Below are positions 18,395-28,659 of a stretch of 64,000 bases of DNA, one piece after another (within the stretch, counting starts at the first letter, position 1; each line of letters opens with the position of its first letter). The position numbers and the translations under genes are program-made. Origin of the DNA: Actinomycetes bacterium (GTDB lineage Bacteria; Actinomycetota; Acidimicrobiia; Acidimicrobiales; Bog-793); the NCBI GenBank assembly GCA_021796455.1, contig JAKACA010000001.1, positions 8,110 through 72,109 on the forward strand. Reading direction: 5' to 3'. A model generated the notes under the pieces. It did no database searches. It had not been told where the DNA came from and saw only the letters and a program-made list of their open reading frames with translations.

Positions 18395-18428
18395 GACGCC
18401 AGACTACTGCCCGTCGGGCTCCGCAATG

Positions 18429-19013
18429 CTACGGGACGATGAAGGCGGGGCTTCCGTGGCGCCACACGATGAGGAACACGCGCCCGATGATCGTGCTTCT
18501 CGGAATCGGGCCCCAGTCGCGGCTGTCGTAGGAGTTGCTGCGGTTGTCACCCATCATGAAGTAGTAGCCCTGCGGGATTTTCTGTTTCGAGATCGGCTGT
18601 CCTAGGACGGTTCCCTTTGGGAGCCATGGCTCTGCGAGCGGCTTCCCGTTGATGTACACGGTGTTGCCTTTGGACCAGATCGTCTCTCCCGGCAAGCCGA
18701 TGATCCGCTTGACGAGATCCTCGTTGAGCGGGCCCTCGAGATCGTGCTTTGGGTGGTCGAACACGACGATAGCGCCGCGAGGCAGGCTGAAGCCGAGCTT
18801 CTGCACGAGGATCCTGTCTCCTACCTGGAGAGTCGGATACATCGAGCCACTCGGCACATAGAACGTCTGGACGACGAAGAGCCGCAGTAGCACCGACGCG
18901 ATCACTGCTGCGACGATCACGACGAGCCAGCTGACAATCCAGTGGTGGCGCCTCGTCCCGCGGCGGCGTTTCGAGCGCGCCTCGACAGGGAGGGCGTCAG
19001 TGTCTGTGCTCAT
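18429..19013 (-). CDS. lepB: signal peptidase I
   Basis: S26 boxes SGSMYPTL (catalytic Ser), VKRIIGLPGE (Lys) and GDNRSNSYDSR. Confidence 0.92.
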   Translation of the reverse strand: MSTDTDALPVEARSKRRRGTRRHHWIVSWLVVIVAAVIASVLLRLFVVQTFYVPSGSMYPTLQVGDRILVQKLGFSLPRGAIVVFDHPKHDLEGPLNEDLVKRIIGLPGETIWSKGNTVYINGKPLAEPWLPKGTVLGQPISKQKIPQGYYFMMGDNRSNSYDSRDWGPIPRSTIIGRVFLIVWRHGSPAFIVP

Positions 19014-19046
19014 GCGGGGTGAGACTACCTGAGCGTCACCGCGCGC

Positions 19047-20414
19047 TCAGATCGCCTCGATGAGGCGCTCCACCCGCTCGTCATGCGAGCGGAACGGGTC
19101 CTTCAAAAGGACGGTCCGCTGGGTCTGGTCGTTCAGCTTGAGGTGCACCCAGTCAACGGTGAAGTCACGACGCTTCTCCTTTGCCCGGCGGATGAACTCG
19201 CCCCTGAGCCGCGCCCTTGTCGTTTCGGGAGGGTGGTCCATCGCGTTGGAGATCACGTCGTCGGTCACTATGCGCTCGGTGCCGCCTTGGCGCTGCAAGA
19301 GGTAGAAGATCCCCCGGTGTCGGTCGACGTCGTGGTACTGGAGGTCGAGCAGAGCCACGCGCGGATGACCAAGAGGCAGCTGGTGACGCTCCCTGAACGC
19401 CTCGACGAGGCGGTGCTTCATGACCCAGTCGCACTCGCGGTCCAGGCTGAGGGGATCGGTCTCTATGCCCTCGATGCAGTGACGCCACATCCCGAGCGCC
19501 TTCAGCTCGAGGGGGGGCAACCCGCGCTGCTCCTCGTAGCGGATCGCACGGCCAAGATACTCCTTTTGGATGTCGAGAGCGCTTGCCTCCCGCCCGTTGG
19601 CGAGGCGGACAAGGCGGCGGCAGGTGATGTCGTGGCTGATCTCGCGGATGGCACGTATCGGGTCTTCCAGGGTGAGGTCACGCAGGACCACCCCTGGCTC
19701 TTCCAGCATGCGCAGTAGAATCGCCGTGGTCCCGACCTTGAGGAAAGTCGCGTACTCACTCATGTTCGAGTCACCGACGATGACATGCAGGCGGCGGAAC
19801 CTCTCAGCATCCGCGTGCGGCTCGTCACGGGTGTTGATTATCGGTCGACTCCGGGTAGTGGCAGACGAGACTCCCTCCCAGATGTGCTCCGCACGCTGCG
19901 AGAGGCAGAACATCGCACCGCGCGCGGTCTGGAGGACCTTGCCCGCGCCGGCGTAGATCTGGCGACTTACGAAGAAGGGTATCAACACCTGCGCATAATG
20001 GCCGAAGTCGTCACGCCGTCCCGTCAGGTAATTCTCGTGACACCCGTAGGAGTTGCCAGCGGAGTCGGTGTTGTTCTTGAACAGGTAGACGACCCCGCGG
20101 ATGCCCTCGTCACGAAGCCGCGCTTCGGCTGAGCGGACAAGCCCTTCGAGGATCCGCTCCCCTGCCTTGTCGTGAGCTACGAGATCCTCGATGGAGTCGC
20201 ACTCCGGCGTCGCATACTCGGGGTGGCTGCCGACGTCGAGGTACAGGCGGGCACCGTTTTCCAAAAAGACGTTGCTGGATCTGCCCCAGCTGACGACGCG
20301 CCGGAAGAGGTAGCGGGCAACCTCGTCAGGGCTGAGGCGGCGCTGGCCTCTCAGGGTGCATGTGACGCCGTACTCGTTCTCGAGCCCGAATATGCGTCGA
20401 TCCATCCTGTCCAA
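19047..20414 (-). CDS. pafA: Pup--protein ligase PafA
   Basis: 455 aa with N-terminal [12 protein letters not shown]. It is a paralogue of the 497-aa Dop at 22925-24418. The shorter length and its position downstream of prcA fit PafA. Confidence 0.88.
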   Translation of the reverse strand: MDRMDRRIFGLENEYGVTCTLRGQRRLSPDEVARYLFRRVVSWGRSSNVFLENGARLYLDVGSHPEYATPECDSIEDLVAHDKAGERILEGLVRSAEARLRDEGIRGVVYLFKNNTDSAGNSYGCHENYLTGRRDDFGHYAQVLIPFFVSRQIYAGAGKVLQTARGAMFCLSQRAEHIWEGVSSATTRSRPIINTRDEPHADAERFRRLHVIVGDSNMSEYATFLKVGTTAILLRMLEEPGVVLRDLTLEDPIRAIREISHDITCRRLVRLANGREASALDIQKEYLGRAIRYEEQRGLPPLELKALGMWRHCIEGIETDPLSLDRECDWVMKHRLVEAFRERHQLPLGHPRVALLDLQYHDVDRHRGIFYLLQRQGGTERIVTDDVISNAMDHPPETTRARLRGEFIRRAKEKRRDFTVDWVHLKLNDQTQRTVLLKDPFRSHDERVERLIEAI

Positions 20415-20523
20415 CCGTAGTGGCCTGCTGGCTCCTGCCGACCGCTCGGCGGGTGCGGCAACGTCGCGGACGACGGCACGAGCCGTGCGAAGTAACCTTC
20501 GCGACGTGCCTGCTCTCGGCCGG

Positions 20524-20985
20524 ATGTGCTACCTGACGACGGTTGTGGGCTCCTTCCATGGACGGCTTCTGGCCGCGCGGCTCGGCGCGGAGGGCGTGAC
20601 CGTCGTGCTTCAGGGCGCCACCGACGGACCGTACCCGATCACTGGCGCCGTAGACGTGCTGGTCCCAGAGCGAGAGCTCGACCTTGCGCGAGAGATCCTG
20701 CTCGGTGACTCCGTGGACGACATCTTCAGACTCCGCGGCATGGAGGTTCCGGGCGCTTTCGGTGTTGGAGAAGACCGTGCTGGAGGCTACTGCGGGAATC
20801 GCACTGCCGCAGACGAGCCGACCGGTCGGGAAGGATCCGCGGCCGGGCTCGCCGGCCTGCAGTCGCGCGCCCCGGCGGTCGAGGGCTGGCATCGCCGCTC
20901 CCTCCGTGCGGTGCCGGCCGCCCTCGTCGTGCTCGTCTCGATGATGTTGGTGCTCGCCGGTTGCGTGGCAGCGGCGGTGCGCTGA
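20524..20985 (+). CDS. hypothetical membrane-anchored protein with a DUF2007-like N-terminal domain
   Basis: From ATG 20524: [31 protein letters not shown]...[17 protein letters not shown] resembles the small DUF2007 fold. There is a C-terminal TM helix ([20 protein letters not shown]). It lies on the opposite strand to the flanking pafA and prcA. Confidence 0.45.
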   Translation: MCYLTTVVGSFHGRLLAARLGAEGVTVVLQGATDGPYPITGAVDVLVPERELDLAREILLGDSVDDIFRLRGMEVPGAFGVGEDRAGGYCGNRTAADEPTGREGSAAGLAGLQSRAPAVEGWHRRSLRAVPAALVVLVSMMLVLAGCVAAAVR

Positions 20986-21009
20986 CCTAGCCGGTGCGCT
21001 GACCTAGCC
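20976..21009. repeat. perfect 17-bp tandem duplication GGTGCGCTGACCTAGCC x2
   Basis: Read directly at 20976-20992 and 20993-21009. Copy 1 contains the TGA stop of the + strand ORF. Copy 2 contains the CTA (TAG) stop of prcA. Confidence 0.95.
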
Positions 21010-21822
21010 GCCGGTCGGTGGATCGTCTCGCGCCGGCTCTGGTTGCTGGTCGGCGCCGCCTGCAGGAGCGGGCTCGTCGGCGGCCCGGACCAACTGGCCC
21101 TCCTGGCCGTCGTGCGAGGATGTACCCGAGACCGCGGCGGCTGCCGGCCCGAGGAGCTGCTCGAGATCTTTGTTCGAGAGGCGCCGGAATGTCCGCCGGC
21201 CGTTGCCCTGCTCGAGCACCGCCGCTTCAAGGTCAGCCGGCGCGAGTGTCCGGTCAGGTCCAGCCAGCGCGGCCACACAGTTGCGCACCGCCTCGGCCAG
21301 TGGCCACCCGCCCCGGTAGGAGGAGCTGAGCCTCTCGATGATCGTGGCCGAGTCTCCGCCAAGCACCGTGAAGTCGACCTCGTCGACCACCGTACCGTCG
21401 TAGGCGATGTGATAGAGCTGATGCTCGTCGCCGTCGGCGTCCAGCTCTGCGACGAGTATCTCCACCTCGAGCGGCTTCATCTCGTGCGTGAACACCTGGC
21501 CCAGGAACTGGGCATAGAGGTTGGCGAGAGATCGGGCGTCGACATCTTCGCGCGAGTAGGTGAACCCCTTCGTGTCTGCATGGCGGACACCGGCCACTCT
21601 CAGCTGGTCGAACTCGTTGTAGCGGCCCGCGCCGGCGAACGCCACTCGATCGTAGATCTCGCTTATCTTGTGCAGGGTCCGCGACGGGTTCTCGGCCACG
21701 ATCAGGACTCCGGTGCCGTACAGGGCTGCCACGAGCGACCGGCCGCGCGCGATCCCCTTTTGCGCGTACTCGGCGCGGTCCTTCATCACCTGTTCTGGCG
21801 CCACGTAGTACGGCATGGTCAT
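21004..21822 (-). CDS. prcA: proteasome alpha subunit
   Basis: [33 protein letters not shown]. 272 aa with a Pro/Ala-rich tail. ATGA-type overlap with the prcB stop. Confidence 0.93.
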   Translation of the reverse strand: MTMPYYVAPEQVMKDRAEYAQKGIARGRSLVAALYGTGVLIVAENPSRTLHKISEIYDRVAFAGAGRYNEFDQLRVAGVRHADTKGFTYSREDVDARSLANLYAQFLGQVFTHEMKPLEVEILVAELDADGDEHQLYHIAYDGTVVDEVDFTVLGGDSATIIERLSSSYRGGWPLAEAVRNCVAALAGPDRTLAPADLEAAVLEQGNGRRTFRRLSNKDLEQLLGPAAAAVSGTSSHDGQEGQLVRAADEPAPAGGADQQPEPARDDPPTGG

Positions 21823-22721
21823 GATCGCGCACCTCTTCCCGGCCGTTCCAGCGTGGTCAGCAGAGCGGTGAAGCGCTCTGCGACGTCCTCGTCGGGCAAC
21901 CTCTGGTACCCGTCCTGGTCGACCACCGCCACTACCGGGTAGATGCCCCGAAGCGGATCGGGGCCACCTGTCGCGGAGTCTTCGTCGGCCGCCTGGTAGA
22001 GCGCTTTGACGGCAAGCTCCACGGCCTCATGGCTGTCGAGCCCGTCTCGGTACCCCAGCTTCACCGTCGTGCGGGCGTCGCGACCACCAGAGCCGGTCGC
22101 ATGGTACTCGAGCTCCTCGTAACGCCCCCCGGCGAGATCGTAGGAGAATATGCGCCCAAGCCTGCGGCGAGTGTCATAGCCCGCGAAGAGAGGTACGACC
22201 CCGAGTCCCTCCATCGCCATCGGCAAGTTGGCCCTCACCATCTGGGCGAGCTGGTTGGCCTTTCCTTCGAGCGAGAGCGTGAGGCCCTCCACCTTCTCGT
22301 AGTGCTCGAGCTGGGTCTGGAAGAGCCGCACCATGTCGATCGCAGGTCCAGCGGCGCCCGCGATGCCCACCGCAGAGAATCGGTCGGCTGGGAACACCTT
22401 CTCGATCCCTCGATGAGCTATCGAGTAGCCCTCGGTCGCGCGGCGGTCGCCTGCGACGACGACACCACCACCAAAGCGGAGCGCCACGATCGTCGTACCG
22501 TGGGCCACTCCAGCCATATGCGCGTTTCCGGTTTGCACAGCAGTGCCGGAAACGGTCCGTTCGTGCCCGACAGAGCCGGCACGTCTTGTCTCGCTCCGTC
22601 CTTCGTCGGGCACCGAGACTCGGCGCAGCATGTCCAGGAAGCTCGGCCCGGGATCGGCCCCGGCAGGGAAGAGGGGAAGGCTCATTGGGGCGAAGGCTAT
22701 CGCCGCGTCATCACTGCCCAC
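21819..22721 (-). CDS. prcB: proteasome beta subunit (with propeptide)
   Basis: The active-site Thr context [11 protein letters not shown] follows a ~63-75 aa propeptide. Start is GTG 22721 (overlapping the pup stop) or ATG 22685. Confidence 0.93.
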   Translation of the reverse strand: MGSDDAAIAFAPMSLPLFPAGADPGPSFLDMLRRVSVPDEGRSETRRAGSVGHERTVSGTAVQTGNAHMAGVAHGTTIVALRFGGGVVVAGDRRATEGYSIAHRGIEKVFPADRFSAVGIAGAAGPAIDMVRLFQTQLEHYEKVEGLTLSLEGKANQLAQMVRANLPMAMEGLGVVPLFAGYDTRRRLGRIFSYDLAGGRYEELEYHATGSGGRDARTTVKLGYRDGLDSHEAVELAVKALYQAADEDSATGGPDPLRGIYPVVAVVDQDGYQRLPDEDVAERFTALLTTLERPGRGARS

Positions 22722-22911
22722 CCTTTTGGACGTAGTTGCGCACGAATTCCTCTGCGTTGTCCTCCAGGACCTCGTCTATCTCATCGAGGAGATCATCGAT
22801 CTCGGCCTTCAGGCGCTCGCCGCGCTCGCTCGCGGCCGCCGTCTCGGCCTCGTCGGCTACAGCCTCCTCGCGACTTTGGGGTTGCTTGCGCTTCTGCTCT
22901 CGTTCAGCCAT
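22711..22911 (-). CDS. pup: prokaryotic ubiquitin-like protein Pup
   Basis: 66 aa, acidic and helical, ending ...[15 protein letters not shown] terminus requires deamidation by Dop. Confidence 0.95.
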   Translation of the reverse strand: MAEREQKRKQPQSREEAVADEAETAAASERGERLKAEIDDLLDEIDEVLEDNAEEFVRNYVQKGGQ

Positions 22912-22924
22912 CTGCCTGTACCTC

Positions 22925-24418
22925 CTAGGACCCCAGCCGCCTCAGCAGCTCAGCGGGGCTCTCACAACCATCGAACAGGGTATCGACATGGCGAGCCGTT
23001 CCTTTGAGAGGCTCCATCATCGGAACCCGGCGCAGGGGCGCCTCTCCGATGTCGAACACCACCGAGTCCCAGTTGGCGGCCACGACGCTCGACGCGAAGA
23101 GCGACAGACACCGGCCGCGAAAGTACGCCCTCGTCGTCGCCGGCGGCTCTGTCACCGCCGTCTCGACCTCTGCGATACCGACGAGACGCTGCATGTCGAG
23201 CCGAGCGAACAACGACTTCGCGGGCCGCAGGTCGTGATATTGAAGGTCGAGGACGGCAAGGCGCGGATCGCTCCACTTGAGACCATGGCGATCCCGGTAG
23301 CCCTCGACGATCCGCCGCTTCGCGACCCAGTCGAGCTGGTTGGCAAGAGAGTCGGGATCCACCTCGAGGCCCTGCAGGACCTGTTCCCATAGCTCGAGCA
23401 CCATGGCCCCGACATCGGAGCTCTCGCCGAGGCACTCGAGACCACGCTCCTCAGCGTACTTACGTGCCAAGCCGTAGAGCTCCCACTGAAGCTCCACCGC
23501 TGTCAGGTGCTCGCCCGAGGAAAGCTCGAGGAGAGCGCCGAGCTCAGGGTCGCGGGAGACGGCCCTTATCGAGGACACCGGGCTGGCGAGGCTCAGGTCG
23601 CGCCCGGCGTGAAAGTCGTCTTCGATCATGGCGAGCACCAGCGCCGTCGTGCCCACCTTCAGGAACGTTGCCACCTCGGAGAGGTTCGCGTCCCCGACGA
23701 TGACGTGGAGGCGCCGGTACTTCTGCGGATCGGCATGGGGTTCGTCCCGGGTGTTGACGATCGGTCGCTTGAGCGTTGTCTCGAGTCCGACTTCCTCCTC
23801 GAAGAAGTCGGCCCGTTGGCTGATCTGAAAGTGGGCAGGGTGCTCCTTGTCGCCCGACTCCTGCCCCACCTTTCCCGCTCCGCAGTAGACCTGTCGAGTG
23901 ACGAGGTGGGGAGTGACCCGCTGCACGATCCGGGAAAAGGGCGTCGCGCGATCGAGCAGGTAGTTCTCATGACAGCCGTAGGAGTTGCCCTTGCCGTCGC
24001 TGTTGTTCTTGTGGACGAGTATCTCCTCGCCAGGCGGCAGGAAACGCCGTGCCGCCTCCAGCGACCGCCTGAGGATAACCTCGCCGGCGCGATCGTGGCA
24101 CAGCAGCTCGAGCGCGTTGGAGCACTCCGGGGTCGAGTACTCCGGGTGGGCGTGGTCCACGTAGTAGCGCGCGCCGTTCGTGAGCACCGCGTTGACGAGG
24201 TGGGTCTCAACTTCGGGTGGCGTCGAGGAGTCGCGTGCGAAACCCCTGGCATCTCTCTGTGGCGATTCGTCCTCGAAGTCCCAGCCGATCTTGCGCTCGA
24301 GGCGAGCGACATAGGAATTGATGAGCAGGGACGACGCGGTCGTAGGGCTGACCTCGTCGCCCGAGACCACGAGAATGCCGTACTCGGTCTCGATGCCGCA
24401 CACCTTGGCAATAGCCAC
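22925..24418 (-). CDS. dop: Pup deamidase/depupylase Dop
   Basis: 497 aa with N-terminal KVCGIETEYGI, lying immediately upstream of pup as in mycobacteria. Paralogue of PafA. Confidence 0.88.
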   Translation of the reverse strand: MAIAKVCGIETEYGILVVSGDEVSPTTASSLLINSYVARLERKIGWDFEDESPQRDARGFARDSSTPPEVETHLVNAVLTNGARYYVDHAHPEYSTPECSNALELLCHDRAGEVILRRSLEAARRFLPPGEEILVHKNNSDGKGNSYGCHENYLLDRATPFSRIVQRVTPHLVTRQVYCGAGKVGQESGDKEHPAHFQISQRADFFEEEVGLETTLKRPIVNTRDEPHADPQKYRRLHVIVGDANLSEVATFLKVGTTALVLAMIEDDFHAGRDLSLASPVSSIRAVSRDPELGALLELSSGEHLTAVELQWELYGLARKYAEERGLECLGESSDVGAMVLELWEQVLQGLEVDPDSLANQLDWVAKRRIVEGYRDRHGLKWSDPRLAVLDLQYHDLRPAKSLFARLDMQRLVGIAEVETAVTEPPATTRAYFRGRCLSLFASSVVAANWDSVVFDIGEAPLRRVPMMEPLKGTARHVDTLFDGCESPAELLRRLGS

Positions 24419-24452
24419 GCTCGGACGCTACCCCACTGCGCGCGCCGACACG

Positions 24453-24471
24453 TCGCACCGGTGCTGCGACG
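24453..24471 (-). terminator. intercistronic hairpin between mpa and dop (possible attenuator or terminator, no U-tract)
   Basis: GTCGCA-N7-TGCGAC, a 6-bp stem, in the 122-nt mpa-dop spacer. Confidence 0.2.
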
Positions 24472-24540
24472 CCGCTTCGGCCAGAGATCGAGTCGTTGTC
24501 ACGAGAGCCATCTCGAGGTGGCGCAGGGGGTCGGCACCGC

Positions 24541-26292
24541 TCAGAGGTACTGGCCGGTGCCCACTCGCTCGATGGCCCGACCGCCCTCTTCGCTCTCGCC
24601 ATGGGAGATAAGGGTCCGCACATAGACGATCCTCTCCCCCTTCTTGCCGGAGATCTTCGCCCAGTCGTCGGGGTTGGTCGTGTTCGGCAAATCCTCGTTC
24701 TCTTTGTACTCCTGCTTGATGGATTCGAGGAGGTCCGCAAGGCGGATACCCCGTCCGGTACCCTCGATCGCTCTCTTGATCGCGAGCTTCTTGGCCCGAC
24801 GGACTATGTTCTCGATCATCGCTCCTGACGAGAAGTCCTTGAAATAGAGGATCTCCTTGTCCCCGTTCTGGTACGTCACCTCGAGGAAACGGTTCTCGGG
24901 CTCGGACCGGTACATCTCGCGCACGGTGAGCTCGATCATGGCCTTCACGGCTTTGTCAGGGGCGCCGCCGCCATAGGTCGCGACGTCGTCGACCTCGAGC
25001 GGGAGATCTGCAGTGAGGTAGCGGGCGAAGATCTGCTCGGCGGAGGATTCGTCGGGTCGCTCGATCTTTATCTTCACGTCGAGGCGCCCGGGACGCAGGA
25101 TCGCGGGGTCGATGAGGTCTTCGCGGTTGGAGGCTCCGATCACGATGACGTTGCGCAGCGTCTCGACTCCGTCGATCTCGGCCAGCAGCTGCGGCACGAC
25201 GGTCGACTCCATGTCCGAGCTGATGCCACTGCCGCGCGTCCGAAAGAGCGAGTCCATCTCGTCGAAGAAGACGATGACAGGTACGCCTTCCTCCGCCTTC
25301 TCGCGAGCTCTTTGGAAGACGAGGCGTATCTGGCGCTCGGTCTCCCCCACATACTTGTTGAGCAGCTCGGGACCTTTGATGTTGAGGAAATAGCTCCGGG
25401 AATTCTCGTTGCCAGCCAGCTCGGACACCTTCTTGGCCAGGGAGTTCGCGACCGCCTTCGCGATCAGGGTCTTGCCGCAGCCGGGTGGGCCGTAGAGCAG
25501 GATGCCCTTCGGGGCAGGTAGCCGGTACTCGGCGAAAAGGTCGCGGTGCAGATAGGGAAGCTCGACCGCGTCGGTAATCGCTTCGATCTGGGCGTCGAGG
25601 CCACCGATGTCGGAGTAGGTGACGTCGGGAACCTCCTCAAGGACTATCTCTTCTATCTCGGGCCGCGGAAGCTTCTCGAGAAGGAGTCCGGAGCGAGGGT
25701 CCATGAGGACGGAGTCGCCCGCGCGCAGCTTCGTGCCGGCGAGGTACTCGGAGATCTCGGCCACCCTCTCCTCGTCGGCTCTGCCCACGCAGAGCGCTCG
25801 TCGTCCATCTCCGAGCACCTCGGAGATCGTGACGACCTCCCCGCCCGAGTCCTGATCGCGCGCCATGATGACGTTGAGCGACTCGTTGAGCACGACCTCC
25901 TGACCCTTTCGGAGCTCGCTCGGGTCGAGCTCTGGATGCAACGAGACGCGCATCTTCCGACCGCTCGAGAATACGTCGACCGTGCCGTCATCGTTGCCTT
26001 GCAGGTACGTCCCGTAGGCGGCCGGGGGTTGCGTGAGCTTCTCGACCTCCTCCCGTAAGGCCGCGATGTGCTCCTTTGCCTGTTGCAGGGTGAAGGTCAG
26101 CTTCTCGTTCTGCGAGGCAGCATGGCTCAGCTGACCCTTAGTCTCGAGCAGCCGCTCTTCGAGTGAACGCACCCGCTGGGGGGCGTCGTGCAGCCGCCGG
26201 CGCAGCTCTGCGACCTCCTCCTCGGCGAGCTGCGCTCGCCCCATCAGCTCCGCCAGCATCTGATCGTGTCTCGTGTCGTCCGTGTCGCTCAT
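24541..26292 (-). CDS. mpa: proteasome-associated AAA ATPase Mpa/ARC
   Basis: N-terminal coiled coil, Walker A GPPGCGKT, Walker B IVFFDEMD, and a C-terminal ...GTGQYL proteasome-docking motif. 583 aa. Confidence 0.95.
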   Translation of the reverse strand: MSDTDDTRHDQMLAELMGRAQLAEEEVAELRRRLHDAPQRVRSLEERLLETKGQLSHAASQNEKLTFTLQQAKEHIAALREEVEKLTQPPAAYGTYLQGNDDGTVDVFSSGRKMRVSLHPELDPSELRKGQEVVLNESLNVIMARDQDSGGEVVTISEVLGDGRRALCVGRADEERVAEISEYLAGTKLRAGDSVLMDPRSGLLLEKLPRPEIEEIVLEEVPDVTYSDIGGLDAQIEAITDAVELPYLHRDLFAEYRLPAPKGILLYGPPGCGKTLIAKAVANSLAKKVSELAGNENSRSYFLNIKGPELLNKYVGETERQIRLVFQRAREKAEEGVPVIVFFDEMDSLFRTRGSGISSDMESTVVPQLLAEIDGVETLRNVIVIGASNREDLIDPAILRPGRLDVKIKIERPDESSAEQIFARYLTADLPLEVDDVATYGGGAPDKAVKAMIELTVREMYRSEPENRFLEVTYQNGDKEILYFKDFSSGAMIENIVRRAKKLAIKRAIEGTGRGIRLADLLESIKQEYKENEDLPNTTNPDDWAKISGKKGERIVYVRTLISHGESEEGGRAIERVGTGQYL

Positions 26293-26559
26293 GGTCTTGG
26301 CACCTCCTCCGGCCGCTCACCGCCCCGCCACTGAAGGAAGCTACACCGGCGGGCGGGCGGAGCGAGCGTCTGGACCGGTCTGTCAGCGAACAGCGCTGCC
26401 GAATCGCTCGGCTGCCAGATGTGGTCGTCGCCCTGCGCCACTCCTAGACTAAGTTCTTCGAAACCAAGTGCCCGCGCAATGCGTGCTCGCCGAGTGGCTT
26501 TAGCTGCCCTAGTTGCTGCAAGCTCACATAGCAACCCGCCCGAAGGAGAGGCTGCCCCG

Positions 26560-26799
26560 ATGAAGGTGTGGATTGACCAGGATCTGTGCACTGGCGATGG
26601 CCTCTGCGAAGAGATCTGCCCGTCTGTCTTCACTCTGCTAGACGACGGCCTCGCGTACGTGAAGCAGGGTGGCGATGTGCTCAACAGCCCGGGCGGGTCG
26701 GCCCAGATGGCAGAAGTCGCCTCGGACATGGAAGATGCCGTCACCGAGGCCGCCGAGGAGTGTCCCGGTGAGTGCATATTCATCGTGACCGGGGAGTGA
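26560..26799 (+). CDS. small ferredoxin (single-cluster CxxDxxC...CP type)
   Basis: ATG 26560 follows GAAGGAGAG. The product MKVWIDQDLCTGDGLCEEICPSVF...ECPGECIFIV is 79 aa. Confidence 0.85.
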   Translation: MKVWIDQDLCTGDGLCEEICPSVFTLLDDGLAYVKQGGDVLNSPGGSAQMAEVASDMEDAVTEAAEECPGECIFIVTGE

Positions 26800-27697
26800 C
26801 GATCTCCTCGTTCGCGGCCCGCTCTGGCTGACTCGGCTCGCCGGAGCCGGCGCTCTCCGGGTGGCTCGCTGCTTCGGCATCGCCCTCGTCGTAGTCCGTG
26901 CGAGGGCGGTTCAACAAGCGCGCTGTCGTGATGAAGCCGGTGTGAGCGACCATCTTTTGGTCGGGTCGGACGGATCGCCCTTCTATATGCCAGGTCCTGC
27001 GAAGGATCTCGAACGTCTCCTCGAGGCCGAAGGAGCTACGGGCAAGCGCCGCTCTCAACTCGGCGGTCTGGTTGATCGACGGCAGGTAGGCGCACAGGAT
27101 CCCACCGCGCTTCAAAGCCGCCTCGGCGTGGGGCACCACGCGCCAAGGCTCGGGGAGATCGAGGACGATCCGGTCGAAGCCTGACTCGGAGATGCCGTCG
27201 TATATGTCGCGCCTGTGTATCTGGTGGGAGAGCCCTGGGCCGAGCGTGGCGGCGACGTTTGCCGTCGCGACAGCCGCGAAGTCGTCACGGATCTCGTAAC
27301 CGACGAGACGGGCTCCGGCTCTGAGCAGCGTCATGGAAAGAGCGCCCGAGCCGACGCCGGCCTCGAGAACTCTCGCGCCGGGATAGATGTCGGCTGCCAT
27401 GAGTATCGCCCCTAGATCTTTCGGGTATATGACTTGAGCATCCCTCGGCATGTTCAAGACCACGTCACCAAGAGTCGGGCGGACGGCTAGGTACCGGGCA
27501 TTGGGGGCCTTGCTGTCGCCACTTCGAGACGCCTTCACCTCGCTGCCCTCGGTCGCGCCGATGATCGCGTCGTGGGAGACGACTCCCGCGTGGGAGTGGA
27601 AGCTGTGCCCCGACACCAGGCGCACGAGGTACCGCCTGCCCTTGCGGTCCACGAGCAGTGCTCGCTCGCCCTCGACGAACTGCTCAGGATCAGCCAT
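26780..27697 (-). CDS. trmI: tRNA (adenine-N1)-methyltransferase (TrmI/GCD14 family)
   Basis: SAM motif VLEAGVGSGALS and an N-terminal GERALLVDRKGRRYLVRL...FHSHAGVVSHD domain. Its position next to mpa matches Rv2118c. Confidence 0.88.
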   Translation of the reverse strand: MADPEQFVEGERALLVDRKGRRYLVRLVSGHSFHSHAGVVSHDAIIGATEGSEVKASRSGDSKAPNARYLAVRPTLGDVVLNMPRDAQVIYPKDLGAILMAADIYPGARVLEAGVGSGALSMTLLRAGARLVGYEIRDDFAAVATANVAATLGPGLSHQIHRRDIYDGISESGFDRIVLDLPEPWRVVPHAEAALKRGGILCAYLPSINQTAELRAALARSSFGLEETFEILRRTWHIEGRSVRPDQKMVAHTGFITTARLLNRPRTDYDEGDAEAASHPESAGSGEPSQPERAANEEIVTPRSR

Positions 27698-28028
27698 CGC
27701 CGCCCGCGGCGCCCCCTGCGAGGCTCACGGGCGCCCGTTTGCGCTCAGAGCGCACTTCGCGGCGGATTCTGCGCGCCCTCGACCGGTCGGCTCTTGCCAG
27801 CCTCCTGGCTTTGCGGCCAAATGGCGGCGCTGGCGTGCTGGTCACGGTGATCGTCTCTCCAACCCGGATCCGCTCCCGCACTACTCGCTGGGCCGGGCTT
27901 CGCGAGAGGAATCGTACGAGCCAGGCAGCCGCTCCGACTGCGAGCCATACTCCATTGCCACCGAGCAGCCCGTCTCTTACACCTCGCCGGACGAGATCTC
28001 TCGTAACGCGCTGCAGCAGCCGTCGCAC
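27690..28028 (-). CDS. small hypothetical membrane protein
   Basis: 112 aa with one hydrophobic helix (GVWLAVGAAAWLVRFL) and a basic tail. 8-nt overlap with the trmI start. Confidence 0.45.
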   Translation of the reverse strand: MRRLLQRVTRDLVRRGVRDGLLGGNGVWLAVGAAAWLVRFLSRSPAQRVVRERIRVGETITVTSTPAPPFGRKARRLARADRSRARRIRREVRSERKRAPVSLAGGAAGGDG

Positions 28029-28051
28029 CGTTGCCCCTGGCCCTCTCGGCT

Positions 28052-28255
28052 TCAGACGCGCCGAATCTCGAGGATCGGCGCCTCCTTGCGTCCGCGACGC
28101 CGTCCAAGCAGGTACACCGCGGCCACAAGGACGGCGCCCGAGACAGCGGCGTAACCGAGCACCGGTGCTGCCGCCTCACCCGCGCTCGAGACCACCGATC
28201 CACGAAGCTCCCGCAGCTTTGTCTCGAGATCGCCGAGGGTGACGCGCCCGGTCAT
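28052..28255 (-). CDS. small hypothetical membrane protein
   Basis: Start trimmed to ATG 28255, an ATGA overlap with the upstream gene. MTGRVTLGDLETKLRELRGS... is followed by one TM helix. 67 aa. Confidence 0.45.
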   Translation of the reverse strand: MTGRVTLGDLETKLRELRGSVVSSAGEAAAPVLGYAAVSGAVLVAAVYLLGRRRGRKEAPILEIRRV

Positions 28256-28623
28256 CGTGGCTCCATCCGGTTCGCCACTGACTCGGCGGCACGGACAGTT
28301 GAGGCGGGGCGCGGACCGCGCAGCACGAGGCCGGCCCCGAGCGCGAGAACGAGAACGCCGGCGACAACCGTCAAACCGTAGGGAGCCCACGACAGGTCAC
28401 CGCGAAAGGTCGTCCCTGTCTCGGTCTCAAGTACTCTGAGCAGGCCTATCAAACCGAACACCGCGCCAAGGCCGAACATGACCGCCGCCGCGCCGCCGTA
28501 AGCAAGGCTCCGACCCATTGTCTTGAGCGGGCCGATCGTCTCTTGGAGGACGTAACGTTTCAAGAGGTCGATCAACTCCGCCACGTCCGAAGTCGCGTGC
28601 TTGGAGTCTGGCATCGGGCTCAA
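28252..28623 (-). CDS. Holin-X / phage-holin-superfamily-III-like membrane protein
   Basis: 123 aa. An amphipathic N-terminus (VAELIDLLKRYVLQETIGPLK) is followed by two TM helices, an architecture I associate with the actinobacterial Holin-X family. Confidence 0.55.
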   Translation of the reverse strand: MSPMPDSKHATSDVAELIDLLKRYVLQETIGPLKTMGRSLAYGGAAAVMFGLGAVFGLIGLLRVLETETGTTFRGDLSWAPYGLTVVAGVLVLALGAGLVLRGPRPASTVRAAESVANRMEPR

Positions 28624-28659
28624 GCTATCAGCCTCGTAGCGGGATCAGGTACGGGGCCC

